From contig CM119372.1 of NCBI GenBank assembly GCA_051294905.1, positions 29,204,001-29,268,000 on the forward strand: 64,000 nucleotides of DNA. Reading direction: 5' to 3'. The stretch comes from Botryllus schlosseri (lineage: Eukaryota). Position numbers and translations under genes: made by a program. The notes beneath the pieces were generated by a model, which worked only from the letters and a program-made list of their open reading frames with translations, did not search any database and was not told the origin of the DNA. The first letter of the stretch is position 1. Each line of letters opens with the position of its first letter. Shown here one piece after another: positions 25,458 through 38,000 of the stretch.

Positions 25458-26489
25458 CTAGCCTGACCATCCCTCTGAAACAAAAAGTATAAAGATGTCA
25501 GCTATCATTCCACATATAACGAATAATACATATTTCGATTGCGGATATGCGCTCATACATTTCCAATAAATAGAAACTGCTTTTGGTCCACGATCAAATA
25601 TGTGAAATCACCCGTTCGATTCGAGAGTAAATTATCAGAATTCGAATATTTTTGAACGGCTTTTGCTTTCCAGTGCGCTCACTGATTAGATAAGGATGTA
25701 ACATGTATATAAATTCGAATTCAAATTTAATTTTTTCGTATTACAGGGATTCACTGATTAACTTGTCAGGTTGTCTAAAAAAACGGTATGCACCAAATTT
25801 TGCTCAATTCCAACCAGAGCCAATTGAAATTTTTATATGTAATAAAAATAATGAAGAATATTTTCTTCAAATTTTATTGTGAATCCCATGAAATTATTGA
25901 GTCGCCGAAAATAACGATGCTTAACAATTTTTGCTCAGAGTGCAGTTGAGAGTATTGGGTTTGCAAAAGTGGCATTAAATGAGGGGTAATCCCAGAGTTA
26001 TTGATAAGAAACTCATAAACTTCGCATCTACGGGTTGTAATTGCGTCAAATTTATTTTGTATTGTTTTTGTAGACAATTTAACAATTTTATGGGGAATCC
26101 ACAGTAAAATTTGAATTTTTTTCAAATTTGTTCAGTATATTAAACAATTCAATTGGCTCCACGGCGGCTTCTGCTGGCTGGAATGGGCCCAAATTTGCTG
26201 TGCGACCTTTTCTAGGCAGCTTAACAATTTAATCAGTGAATCCCCGGAATATTAGAAAAAAGTTTTTGTGAACAACCCTACTGTCTAGCGATCAATGCGT
26301 ATACTGAGCCGTAATGACTATACTCAACTCACTGAACAACACTGCCATTGAGGGTGGCCAGAACTCATCAACTAGTGCTTCACTCTCGTCGCTGTCCCGT
26401 TCCAGTAGTTTGCTGCCGTGTTCAGTTCTCTTCCCCACTGCCACGGCAAATATCATAGCCCAAAACACAATGGTAAGCAATAATTTCAT
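25458..26489 (-). CDS. Small secreted prepropeptide, 57 aa, 2 coding exons (putative amidated bioactive peptide precursor)
   Basis: Exon 26497-26333 has acceptor TTGCTTGTTATAACGCAG, ATG at 26489 and consensus donor CA|GTGAGT (phase 1). It joins the exon starting at 25474 (acceptor TACTTTTTGTTTCAG), with stop TAG at 25460-25458. Product: MKLLLTIVFWAMIFAVAVG-KRTEHGSKLLERDSDESEALVDE-FWPPSMAVLFKGWSG*. Minus-strand AATAAA at 25246-25241. Confidence 0.75.
25744..26246. mobile_element. MITE in the prepropeptide intron (Tc1/mariner-like ends)
   Basis: TA|CAGGGATTCACTGATTAA at the left end pairs with TTAATCAGTGAATCCCCG at the right, and the inverted similarity extends inward. The right TSD is unclear. 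Confidence 0.65.
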
Positions 26490-27230
26490 TATTCCTCCTG
26501 CGTTATAACAAGCAAATCTGCCCTTCAACAATGAAAGGTCTTGTAACTGCCGTATAAACATCTTGCATTAGCACATTAATGTTATGTAGGCACACCCCTC
26601 GTTGCCGAGATATTAGCAGAGCCGGTGAATACAGAAATACCTTTACTATTTAAAAGTATACTCTAGCGTGATTTTTCTACTGGCCCTGATTACTCAAAGC
26701 GGTCATATTTTTAGGATTTCCATAGTTCAGAGTTGATTAGGCAAAATTCCTTACTTTTCAGATCTATTAAGTAGTAGATATTTTTCGCATGTTTCAAACA
26801 CGTTTATCAGTGAAATTGTTATAACAACTGGGCGCAGTAGTCCCTGCAGCACGAATACAAATATGTAAAATCGACAATGATTGTAGACGATAATTGCACG
26901 TGGCTTGTAATTTAACTTGTTAGTATGTGATATTACCGTTATTTGGCAATTAAGTCAATTTACTAGAATTACGAACTCACCAACTCACTGCGCGGTCCAT
27001 TTAAAAGCCCGGAGTTGCAGTGACTTTAAAAGCAGTGCGCGACCGCGCAGCTTAGAGGGAACAGTGCTTGTCAGTATGTGATATTGCAGTCATTTGGCGG
27101 TTAAGTCAATTTACAAGAATTTATTCGCAAAATTAGTAACAGTCACCTGTCACACTACAACATACCAGGCTACTATAGCTACACGAATTAGCTACCAATT
27201 ATTTGCAGCCGGTGAACATGTGAAACTTAC

Positions 27231-27390
27231 TGTCACTTAGATATCATTCATCATTAGATATCACTTAGCGGGTACATTGTAAGGAATTGGCTGAATCTAG
27301 AAACAATTTTAGTAGATTAATTAGTACGGTATAGGATACACCATAAATGACTGACCGACGCGGCTGATGCAATAACTCCATATATAGATA
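27231..27390 (-). promoter_or_regulatory. Candidate core promoter and non-coding upstream exon of the prepropeptide gene
   Basis: On the minus strand, TATATAT starts at 27386, about 34 nt upstream of an Inr-like TCAGT (27354-27350). A consensus donor CA|GTAAGT is at 27230. An acceptor-like CTAAT...TTGTTTCTAG at ~27298 could instead define an internal or trans-spliced exon. Short upstream ATGs weaken the model. Confidence 0.35.
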
Positions 27391-27861
27391 TATAGATATA
27401 TAGCCTATGATGTGTATCTTTGTATAGTAACGAAGTAAAGCATATCACTCTATCTCTAGTCTCTGACCTAGGGGTGGGAACATACGGCTCGCGGGCCGAA
27501 CCGGCCCACGACGGAGTTTTGAGCGACCCGCAGACAGTTTCTGGTCGTACATGATAATGTAACCCGCTGGTCATGTACAGTCTTCACCAAGAGTTTCAAC
27601 GTCCGACATACAGCTAGAGGTCAAATAACCTTCTGACAACTTTGATCGACCGCAGATATCTCATTGACTTCACTAGCTATTGCAATTCATTAATAAATGC
27701 TGAGCATAAAGTTTACATTAAATACGATACATTCCTCGTATAGGTAGACAAATACGTAATTATTCTAGCGATTCAGGACTCCTGCCCGCCAGGTAAGCCT
27801 ACTTCACTTTACCATATTTGACCCACCGACTACTCAAGCTGCCCACCCCTCCTCCAACAGG

Positions 27862-28953
27862 TAGGGCTTGGCACGATGTTTTGAGTACTAGACAGGGTTG
27901 TAACCAAGTCACAAGGCTCCGAGTCACAAATCAATCTCACTTTCATAGTTTTGACTCGAGTCAAGTCGAGTCATTTTCAATCACCACCGAGTCAAGTCTG
28001 AGTCCGTCCAAGTCATCAAACAGAGGTTCGAGTCCGAGTCATGGTATTATGACTCGAGTCCGAGTCCAAGTCATTGTGTTGACTGCTCAGTGTCCAGTTC
28101 CAAGTCTTGTTAAACTCACTTTTATAACTCTGTTTGGTGTCATAAAATGATTCGCGTTTTTAATACACAAATTTTTCTCACTTTTAACAGTTTCTGGTCG
28201 CATTTTGAAGTACCAGTACCAATAGACGAAATCCCAATAGGGTGGTTACTTTACTATTCTTCGAAATTACAATGAAATGTCGGTATTGGCAGTCTGAGTC
28301 TCGAGTCACATGACTTGGTTCGAGTCATGCGCAATGACTCGAGTCCAAGTCGAGTCAATACACAGATTGACTCGAGTCGAGTCGAGTCATTTTCGTATTT
28401 TGAAAAAATGACTGGAGTCAAGTCGAGTCATCAGAAAATTGTGACTCGAGTCATTACAACCCTGGTACTCGAATCTGAATCGAGTAATAATTCTAATGAT
28501 TCGAGTCGAGTAGAAAAAGACGATTTTCTCGAGTACTGAAATTTTCACTTCCCGCTACTGAAAGTTAATTTACTAACGACGATTAAAGTTTTGATACTAT
28601 TTTCCATTGATGAAACCTTAAAAACTTGATTGGCCGCGTCTCACTATACGAGATATAGTATAAAGCTACGAACGTTACTGGAAATAACACATTTCCGAAG
28701 TCATGCTCATCCCACAAGATTTTCAAGAAGTGCAATGAAATCGGTATGGTCGAAAAAATACCAAAGTATCTGTAACGTGATAGATAACAGGCATTATGTT
28801 ATTTCTGGTGGCATTAGCGTTACATATTTGAACTTTGACATATTACATTCAGTGGTGACGTCATCATGAGTGATACTCGACTCGACTCGAAGCGTAATAC
28901 GTGATTCAGAATCGAATCACTCAGGTAGGCCTACTCGATTTTGCCCAGCCTTA
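27862..28953. mobile_element. TAGGGCTGGGC-family hAT MITE carrying a nested CAGGGTTGTAA MITE (27893-28464)
   Basis: The ends match the intact copy at 48694-49197. The nested element is flanked by GTACTAGA/GTACTCGA (7/8 TSD). Confidence 0.8.
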
Positions 28954-31203
28954 CTAAGAGGTTGGCCAACCCTGATTTTATACTTCTACAATAGCACAAA
29001 AAGTAGCGCATGCAGTAACGGCTGTTGAGTATTATACATCAGTCAGAAGGTAAAGTTTGTAAAATCCAGCGACCGACTGTTGACTATTTCACGTCGAATC
29101 CAGGCGGCGAGAGAGCAACTGTCGACTGATTTCCTCTATCTGACACGCTTAATACGAGTGAGCGTTATATATAGACGGTTACGGAAATGGTTCCGCACTA
29201 GTTCGTGTATTGCCACAAACGCTCTCGTGATTGCACAGCATAACAGTGACTTTAAAGGAGCACTGTGCTCTAAAGATGATGTAGTCTCAAATTGAAGCGC
29301 AGATAATAAAAACAATGGCCTCGGCTATTTTCTTCAGAAAGCCATCGTAATGGAGCTGCAAATAAATGAGTTTTGCAAAAGACCAACTGACGCGGCTGCG
29401 AGTCATCGTTTCTTAACCCGTCGCGAAATTTCTGGGGCGATATCTTCACCGTCGCACTTACTCGACGCAACCTCCATACTGTAGCTCAATTTCTTTATGT
29501 AGTATGCGGTAAACATATGCTGCGACATTCAGTTTGATTCCACATGAAACATGATACAACAGCGCGAAATCTCAATGCTACTTGCAACCTATGCATAATC
29601 ACCGTGTTGTCGAGGCTCTGTTGTAGCGACAATACCCATACAGCGACAATACCCATTGGCCAAGAACGTTCGGTGTCTGTGCATGACTTCATTCGGATAA
29701 TTCCCTGCTGAGGCCTGTTTCTAATATTTATGGTGAATTTTAACGTGTCCTTGAGAATGTTCAATGTTCAATCGTGGCTAGTGTCAGATCATAGGGCATT
29801 ACCACAACACAGCACAGTACAGTACCTGTAGCGTACAACTGAGCCTCGACCAGTATGGTGTTTATACAAATACATACTTAGCATAACATAGCCCGACTTC
29901 GAAGCCCATGCGTTTTGGAAGGTTTCAATTGCTAATCATCACAGAAAGTGAAACGTAAATGACTTATTTCCGACCACGAGTGTGATTTTAGATTGGCATG
30001 TGGCCGCACGTCCCCAGGTTGACCACCCATGACTGCGCTCCAAAAATGATGTTGTCTCAAATTGCAGCACACATCGAAAAAAAAACAATTTTGGCCGCAG
30101 TCATTTTTTCAAAATGCCACTCATTTAAAAAAAATACAAAACTATGGGTGCCATGGCCACTGTCGTCCTCTGGCTAATAAATTCAGCACAAGAAATTACG
30201 TACGCACTTACCGTTTTGTCAACATTGCACCAAGTTCAGGATGTTTTTGTCTTGCTTGGGTAGCTGTTCATTAAAAAATAAAGCAAGTTCACTTGCGTTC
30301 GCTTGGACTTGAATCGATGACGTTGGAATGGTTTGTCACTATCTGAAAATGTTGACTTGAAACCATGGCTGTGGAGTCGGTAAATTTCACCACCCACTCC
30401 AACTCCGACTCCTGAGTCTCTAAACCGACCGACTCTGACTCAGACTCCAACCCCAACTCCAACAGTATTACCAATTTACTTCGAAAATTATATGCCACAG
30501 TGACGGTTATATGACTATCATATAGCCATTAAACATATGCAAACAGATGATTAACGATGGCATGCAAAATTGTTTCATTGTGGCACAGCTCGAATTATTC
30601 ACTTTGCATGAAAGATTGCCGTTATAAAAATCCTTCCTTTTTTCACATTTTATCAGTTTTTATAACATGGACTCTCTAATAACCTAATATGTATGAATTA
30701 TTCAAACACGACATTTATCCGATCCTGTATTATTAAAATGTAGATAAGACAATCGAAGTTTTGCTCTTGTTTATAAGTCAGCAACTAATACAGAGATGCA
30801 TCTTACTAATTTTCTCATTACACACTGTACTGAGTACAAACACACACATAGATTGGTCATAAGCGAAGTATAGGAAGTAGTGAAATAGCGTATGTCTAGT
30901 CCACATGCACTTGCTCAAGTATTCAAGGACTATTAGGACTTGCAGTCTTTCCTAATCATTTGTTCGGACCAAGCAGCTATGCTACACTACAAATATTTTT
31001 TCATTTTGTCTAGTGAGAAGGAGCGTTTGGTTATATTTATATCAATTTTACAACCAGACGATATAATTGCTCTGTCACAATATCATGATAATATTCCAAA
31101 ACTTGCATCAATTTGTGATAGCATCTCGAAGATGCATATTGCTTCTTTCTTACTCTATGCAACTGAATTGTAATTTGAAAATAATGTCCAATTCTATCTT
31201 TGT

Positions 31204-33786
31204 CAGGGGTGGCCAACCTTTTCGGTCAAATGACCACGTGGAGTTTTACGAACCATTGCGCGGGCAACTTGAATGTTGATAACATTTATTTAGTCGTCCG
31301 ATAGAAATGAACCGAATTCGGTAACATTGAAAACAAGACTTGTATGAATACTCTTTAACACTAGAACGATCAAGTGGCTTTTTTGACGCATTTTCATTTT
31401 TGAAGAGCTGGTATTCAGTCAAATCCTACGCTGTTCGGCTGAAACTTCTTGACTTTTATTTATTTTATGTAGGCCACCTTACCCATGATTTTCATCACTC
31501 ATCTAGTACAAATAAAAAAGTTATACACAGAACTACCTAAAACTACCGAGTGGCTTTTTTGACGCATTACACTTTTTCTACCTTCAGGCATCGCAGTTTC
31601 ATATTCTTGAAAGTGGTTATGTATCTGATAAACGCAGAAAAGCCGTTTGTAACAACAGAACTTTGTTAATATCGACTCGGTCTAACTGTGTTAGCAACAA
31701 CATCCCTTGTAATAGAAGGCCCTGGATCTTCCTCGTTCTAAAGTCACCAAAGCTCTGTAATATTACATTTCTGAAGCTCAGCGTGTTACAGGACATGAAA
31801 TTTGAAATGTACCATTAGACCAAGCCGACATCTGTATTGTCCATACTAATATACTAGGGTTGTACAAGGGCAAAGGGTCTTTGATCCGGTCTACGAGATG
31901 GATCTTCGGGGGGAGAGTGAGCTGAATCTAGTGAATTGAATGCATATGAGGACTGAGGGCATGGGTGCATTATGTTTAGTCAGGCCCTCTCGAAGAACAG
32001 ATTTATGGAAGTCATGATCTTTCCATTGACATAAGGAGTAAAAAAAGGTGTGGATTCGATAAAGATAATATGGTTTCCGTTCATTACAGGGTCGAAATGC
32101 CAGCAAATAATTGGGGTAAAATGTCAGATGGTGGAAGCTGCTGCTACCAAGTATCTGTACAAGGGCGTCTCATATTTAGGCAAGGATAGGACAGGACACC
32201 TTTTCCATAATCTATAAATTTGCCAAGCATAGTAATGTGAAGAGTCTGATGTAATCCATCTCGAAACAATGTTACATGAATGTGGCTGTATACGTTTGGA
32301 GAAGCAAACGAAGTCCCAGTTGACACTATTGTCAAAAGTTGCCTGAAGCTACCCAGGACCAGAAGGAACACAGGCAGCTTCATGTAGCCACATTTTTCAA
32401 AGCTATCATCTTGTTGATAAGCGTAACGGAGAGATGCCAGTGTAGAGATCGAATTTGTACACATATATATTGAGTTCACTGCAACCTGAGGTAACTGTTT
32501 CCTTCAGAAACAACACAAACAAGAAACCAGTGACGGTTAAATGTTATAACGAAACAAAACCAGGGGGATATTATTGGTCAGGTTGCAAGGCAGTATTCTA
32601 TGAGGGTACCAACAAGTCGACGACGGTCCGTGCATGTTTTCTTAGAATGTGAATGATCGTCTACTTGCCAAAATGCCGATACTCTAAAAATATGCAAATC
32701 GAGGATTAGTTGCAAAATTGAATTATGCAAATCTTATCTGATAAGCTTTATGATATGTCAGCAATAACCATCAATGATGATGTGGCTAAAGCGGATCTGG
32801 AACCTACTCTAAATTTATAAATGAACGTGCTCAAATACCAAATGCGCACCAGAGCAACACTTATATGTTACACCAAAAAACGGCGATTTGTTTTATAAGT
32901 GTTGACCTAAGGTGTATGTAAAATATTGCAAGTAGCTGTGAGCGCAATAAACAATGGTTTCTGATACCGTTTGTTGAGATTTGTGCTGATTTTTAGCTCT
33001 GGTAAATGCATTTAATCGAAGAAGATTTAACATGCGTCAAAAAAGCCACATGGTAGTTCTAGGTAGTTCGAAGTTCCGGTAGTTCTAGTGTTAAAATTGA
33101 TAACAGTTATGGCATGAAACTCCGTTGCAACTGTACAGTGTGCAGTCATGCCCTGGTCGCGCAAAGAAGGAAATTTTTTCAAAGGTATTGAATGAATTCA
33201 ATAAATATTCGATCAATTCGATCAACTTGCATATATCGGGGATCGCCTCTGTATAGCAATGGGCTCATTTGGCAAGGACATGATTATTTGGCATTTCGAC
33301 GGTTTGGGTGAACAATCCTCTGTCATTTAGTGCAAATGTTTCTACGCCGTCGATCTCGCTTCGAGCGCACAAGCAAAGTCGCGTGTTGGACGACACGTTA
33401 TCTCCTAGTTGCGAGTATAGTTGGACTCTATTCTATAAATTACGCGTATTTAAAATTTCTAGGAGCGTTTCCAATACTAAATGCAAGAAATGTGACCATA
33501 AATCATGCGAAGTGTTAAGAAAAACTTCAAGCCAAATAAATCTGCTACGAAATATTCAACTTTATGGTCATATACGAAGATCTGAGACAAATGTGGCTGG
33601 CCCCTAGTTACGCCAATGCGTCGAAACTGATGTCTCAGTCATCATCAAATTTCGCAGTCCGACTAATCAAATTTGGGCTTGCAATTTTACCTGATGTTAT
33701 ATCCAATTTCAAAAATTACCTCGCAGACCACACAAAACCTTTTCGCGGGCCACATTTGGCCTGCGGGCACAATTTGGCCGTCCCTG
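31204..33786. mobile_element. hAT MITE (CAGGGGTGGCCAA family); middle layer of the nest
   Basis: TIR CAGGGGTGGCCAA / TTGGCCGTCCCTG, flanked by ATCTTTGT/ATCTGTAT (6/8). Related sequence lies at ~35760-36093 and ~60459-63995. Confidence 0.7.
31359..33090 (+). mobile_element. Decayed piggyBac transposon (PGBD-like transposase relic)
   Basis: TTAA|CACTAGAAC...GTTCTAGTG|TTAA, with internal inverted repeats GTGGCTTTTT(T)GACGCAT. Frame-broken motifs LS..NRFMEVM, ATKYLYKGVSYLGKD and KKPVTVKCYNETKPGG resemble the PGBD 'YN..KGGVD' region. Confidence 0.88.
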
Positions 33787-35030
33787 ATCTGTATCTTTAC
33801 TAATAACAGTGATTGATGGTACATAAGAATCCTATTATAGTTAATATTAGTAATTTAAAAGTACATTTGTGAGCGATTGTTTTCATGATAAAGAAGTTGG
33901 AGTGGGAGTCGGAGTCGAAGTCAGGGTCATTTTCACGACTCCGACTCCAACTCCATCAACCGAAAATTAGCCAAACTCTCACTCCGACTCCACCGACTCC
34001 GACTCCGACTCCACAGCCCTGCTTGAAACGGTTGAAAGTAAGATAAATGCTTTCACCAGAGGCCGCTTATATGACTAATTTGTTGAGAAGCCGTCGCGAG
34101 CCCAACAAATTGTCTCGCGAACTGCGCTTTCAGCACATCTGCATTATTTTAAAAATAGGGGAATTTGTATGTAAAGGTGAGATTTCAAATAGCAGTTGAA
34201 CATACTGCCAGCAAAAACAGCTAATAGGAACATACATTCGTAAACAACTAGTTGTCTACTTTACAGTTCGAAAAACAATAATTTGGCAGGTACCTTAAAA
34301 ACGTAAAGCAAAATTCACCCCTGACAATTACATCATTTCCCAGAAGGGGAAATTCCCCCTGGCTGGGAATCACTGGCCTAGTCAGTTTCAGATTGTTCAA
34401 TGTCCCCAAAATTTAATTACTTCGTCAGGTCAGAATTGCATTATGACCACACACGTGCGACCTCATCGTCCGTTTACCATATGTTCCCCACGAACTATAG
34501 GAAAATCCATCGGTCCAGGGCAGTGATTCTCAAACTTTTTTTGACACTCCCCCCTTTATGATACTGAAAGATTTCGCGCGCCCCTTATCGTCATATTGAA
34601 AAATGCAAACAGAATGCTGGCAATTTTAACGAATAGTTCGATGGCATGGAAGATTATGAGTGTTGATGAGAGAATTACGAAATATAAAATTCGGACTGTA
34701 CACAGATCAATAATTATGAAATGGAGGCAAATCGCGTGGAGCGCCAAAAATATTTCTGGTTGACCGCATCTTCGCGCCCCCCATTCATATGCTTTCACGC
34801 GCCCCAAGGAGGGGAGGTCATCCCAGTTTAAGAACCACTGGTCCAGAAGTTCTCAAAGCATTTCAGAGAGTGACCCATATTCTGAGTTTTCATTACCAAC
34901 TCGCGGTTCAAGCTTATCACTTCAAAATTACCGCGATTTTGTTGCTGATGATACAACATTTTATAAGAATTTGTGAACTGGAGACGATGTAGACAACCGT
35001 TCGTTGTACGATAAGCGGGTATGCGAAACA

Positions 35031-38000
35031 TGATTCATTTAAAATATTATTCAATTCAGCGAGGTTGATGTCACTGAATCTTTTATTGCGTAACTGTTTT
35101 GTATTTTGCGCTATGCGTTTGCGTTTACCTAAACCACGTATTTCCTTAGCAGGAAACTCAAACTCACGGATCCTCGGATAGTTGAAATTGACAATTGATT
35201 TTTTTTAAAAGCAAGCACATAACAACGATCACGCACTTAGCATGCATGCGAGATGTTGGAGGATATAGATCAGAGGTTCTCAACTTTTTTGTCTTCGCGG
35301 ACCCCTTTCAGACCGTCACGGCCCCCGCGGACCCCCACGAAGTTTTAGTTCAAATTTACCTCAATTATCGTGCAATCGCGTCATCTGTCTTATACAAATG
35401 ATAACTGTCGGCTTAGTGATAAACGGCAACGAAATGACTTTTCTTGGAAATAAGATCATACTATTCATGTAGAAATTTGGTTGACTTCTATTATTTCAAA
35501 CCGAATTCTGCAACTGCTTTTCCTGAAATACGTGGTAGTGTTTTGAAAATACCCACCGAAAGTGCCGAAAACCCATTTCCACAAATATAGGTGTCGACGA
35601 ATGTAATGAGACCGCGTAACGCTTCCGACGGCACATTTGGGTATGATCGCAACAAATATGGCACCAAAATTGACGAGCAGGTATTTTTACTGAAAATACT
35701 TATGTCAAGCCTGGTCATTTCTATCTGACCATAAAGTAGAATCTTCCGCGTATTCAACGAAATCTGCGATATTGAAAAGTCAAAGTGCCGGATAATCGTT
35801 GATCTTGCCTAATGAGCCCCGCGGTATGCAGAGGCGAACCACAATTTTTGCAAGTAACATTATTGTTGACCGAATCCATTCATTAACATTGAAAATTTTT
35901 CGCGCTGTTCGTGTCTAGGTCATCGATGTACACTGAGTCATCATGCCAATTGTTATTGATTTTGATACATATTATTATACGTATCGTTTTCACCATTACC
36001 CAATCGGGTAAAGGTCATCAACATTCAAGTGGCCCACGAATAATGGTTCGTAAATCTCATAAAGCCCTTTAGCCGAAAAGTTTGTCCACCCCTGACTAGC
36101 AGTTTATCTTGAAGTTATTGTGGAAGAATCGTTGCGTAGCCTTATATCACAGGAGAACATGGATTTTTGTTAACATTTCGAAGTCACCATGATTGACCAT
36201 ACTCGTCCAACTTTTTTCCCCACAATCCCCAACAAAACATCTCTAAACAGCAAAATGTTTGTATCAGTAGGCTATTGCCAGCAATTTAGCAATTAGTACG
36301 AATCTGCACAGTAGGATATTTCATCTCAGATGGCCATTCTGTTGATGTGAGCTCTGGAGTTTTACTAGTAATGAAGCGAAACTGCCTCGTGATTTTCCGA
36401 ATTGAAAGAAATACGAATTAGGTTATCAACTATTTCGAGGCTTCGCAGACCCCCTGAAAATGCTTCGCGGACCCCCAGGGGTCCTTGGACCCCCGGTTGA
36501 GAACCGTTGATATAGATCATTGCTCTTCAACCTATTTTGTCGTGGTACACCATTTTAACGTTTACTCAAAACTCAAAACGGCCGCAAAATTATGATTTTA
36601 CGCCTACATGTGACCGTACGTCCGCAAGTTGACCACCCGTGGCTTAAAGGGGCCCTACGCTCTAAAAATGTCTCAAATTAAAGCACAAATCGAAAAAAAA
36701 AATTGATCGCAGTCATTTTTTCAGACCGCTACTCATTTAAAAAAAAAAAAAAAACTGGGGTGCCATGACCCCTGTCGTCCTCTGGCTAATAAATTCAGCA
36801 CATGAAATCAGTTGGGCACTTGCCGTTTTGTCAACATTGCACCAAGTTTAGCATGCTTTTTTTCTCGAATGGCTAGCGGCTCATTGAAAATAATGCAAGT
36901 TCACTTGCGTTCGTTTTGACTTGAATCGATGAAGTTGGAATGGCTTGTCACGATCCGAAAAAATGTTGTCTTGAAACGGTTGAAAGTAAGATAAATGCTT
37001 CCACCAGAGGCCTCGTAGTGATCAATTCGGTACGACGTTTGCCGCTTATAGGAGAAATTTGTTGAGAGGCCGTCGCGGGCCTAACAGATTGTCTCGCGAA
37101 CTGCACTTTCAGCACATCTGCATTAGTATAAGAATAGAGGGAATTTTTGTGTGAAGGTGAGATTTCAAATGGCAATTGAACATACTTCCAGCAAAAAAAA
37201 CAGCCAAAAGGAACCTGAATTCGTAAACAACTGGTTGCCTACTTGACAGTTCGAAAAAGAATAATTTGATAAATCCGTTCAAATTATAAAGCGAAATCCC
37301 CCCCTGAAAATTAAATCATTTCCCGGAATGGGGAATTCCCCCTGGCTGGGAATCACTGGCCTAGTCAGTTTCGTTTTGTTTAATGTCCCTAAAATTCAAT
37401 TACTTCGTCACGTCGGAATCGCATCATTACAACACACATGCAACCCAGGGTTGTAATGACTCGACTCGAGTCAGAATCGAATAGCGATTTTTTTAGTGAC
37501 TCGACTCGAAAATGAAAAATGACTCGACTTGACTCGAGTCATTTTCCTAAAAATGAAAAATAACTCGACTCGACTCGAGTCAATTTGTGTATTGACTCGA
37601 CTTGTACTCGAGTCATTGCGTATGACTCGGACCGAGTCATTGCACATAACTCGGATGAAGTCATGTGACTCGAGATTGGGTCTACCAAGTCAAATATATC
37701 ATTTCGAAGAATAGTAGAGTTACACTATTATTAATTCGTCTATCAGTACTGATACTTGAAAATTCTACCAGAAACTGCTAAAAGTTAGCAAAATTAGTAT
37801 ATTTTGAATGCGAAGCATTCGATATCGCCGAACAGACTTGTCAAAGGTTGATTTCACATGACATTAATTCGGAACTGAACAGTCAACGCGAAACTTTACT
37901 TCATGACTTTGACTCGGACTTGACTCGGTGGTGAATTCAACATGACTTGACTTGACTAGAGTCTAAACTATAAAAGTGAGATCGACTTGTGACTCGGAAC

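Larger units (their letters stand above)
30364..34021. mobile_element. hAT element with (GGAGTC)n subterminal repeats; outer layer of a three-level nest
   Basis: TIR CA(T/G)GGCTGTGGAGTCGG...CCGACTCCACAGCCCTG with a perfect TSD CTTGAAAC. The empty site is present in paralogs at ~36970 and ~40210. Confidence 0.9.

Noticed and set aside
26292..26561. Unspliced 89-aa ORF as given by the ORF track
   Set aside because: Its first 24 and last ~13 residues fall largely outside strong splice sites; the spliced 57-aa model fits better.
30211..30262. Possible small minus-strand exon (ACAG|...ACG|GTAAGT) in the tandemly repeated unit
   Set aside because: The acceptor and reading frame are not conserved in the paralogs at ~36820 and ~40060, where the donor becomes GC and there is a 1-nt indel.
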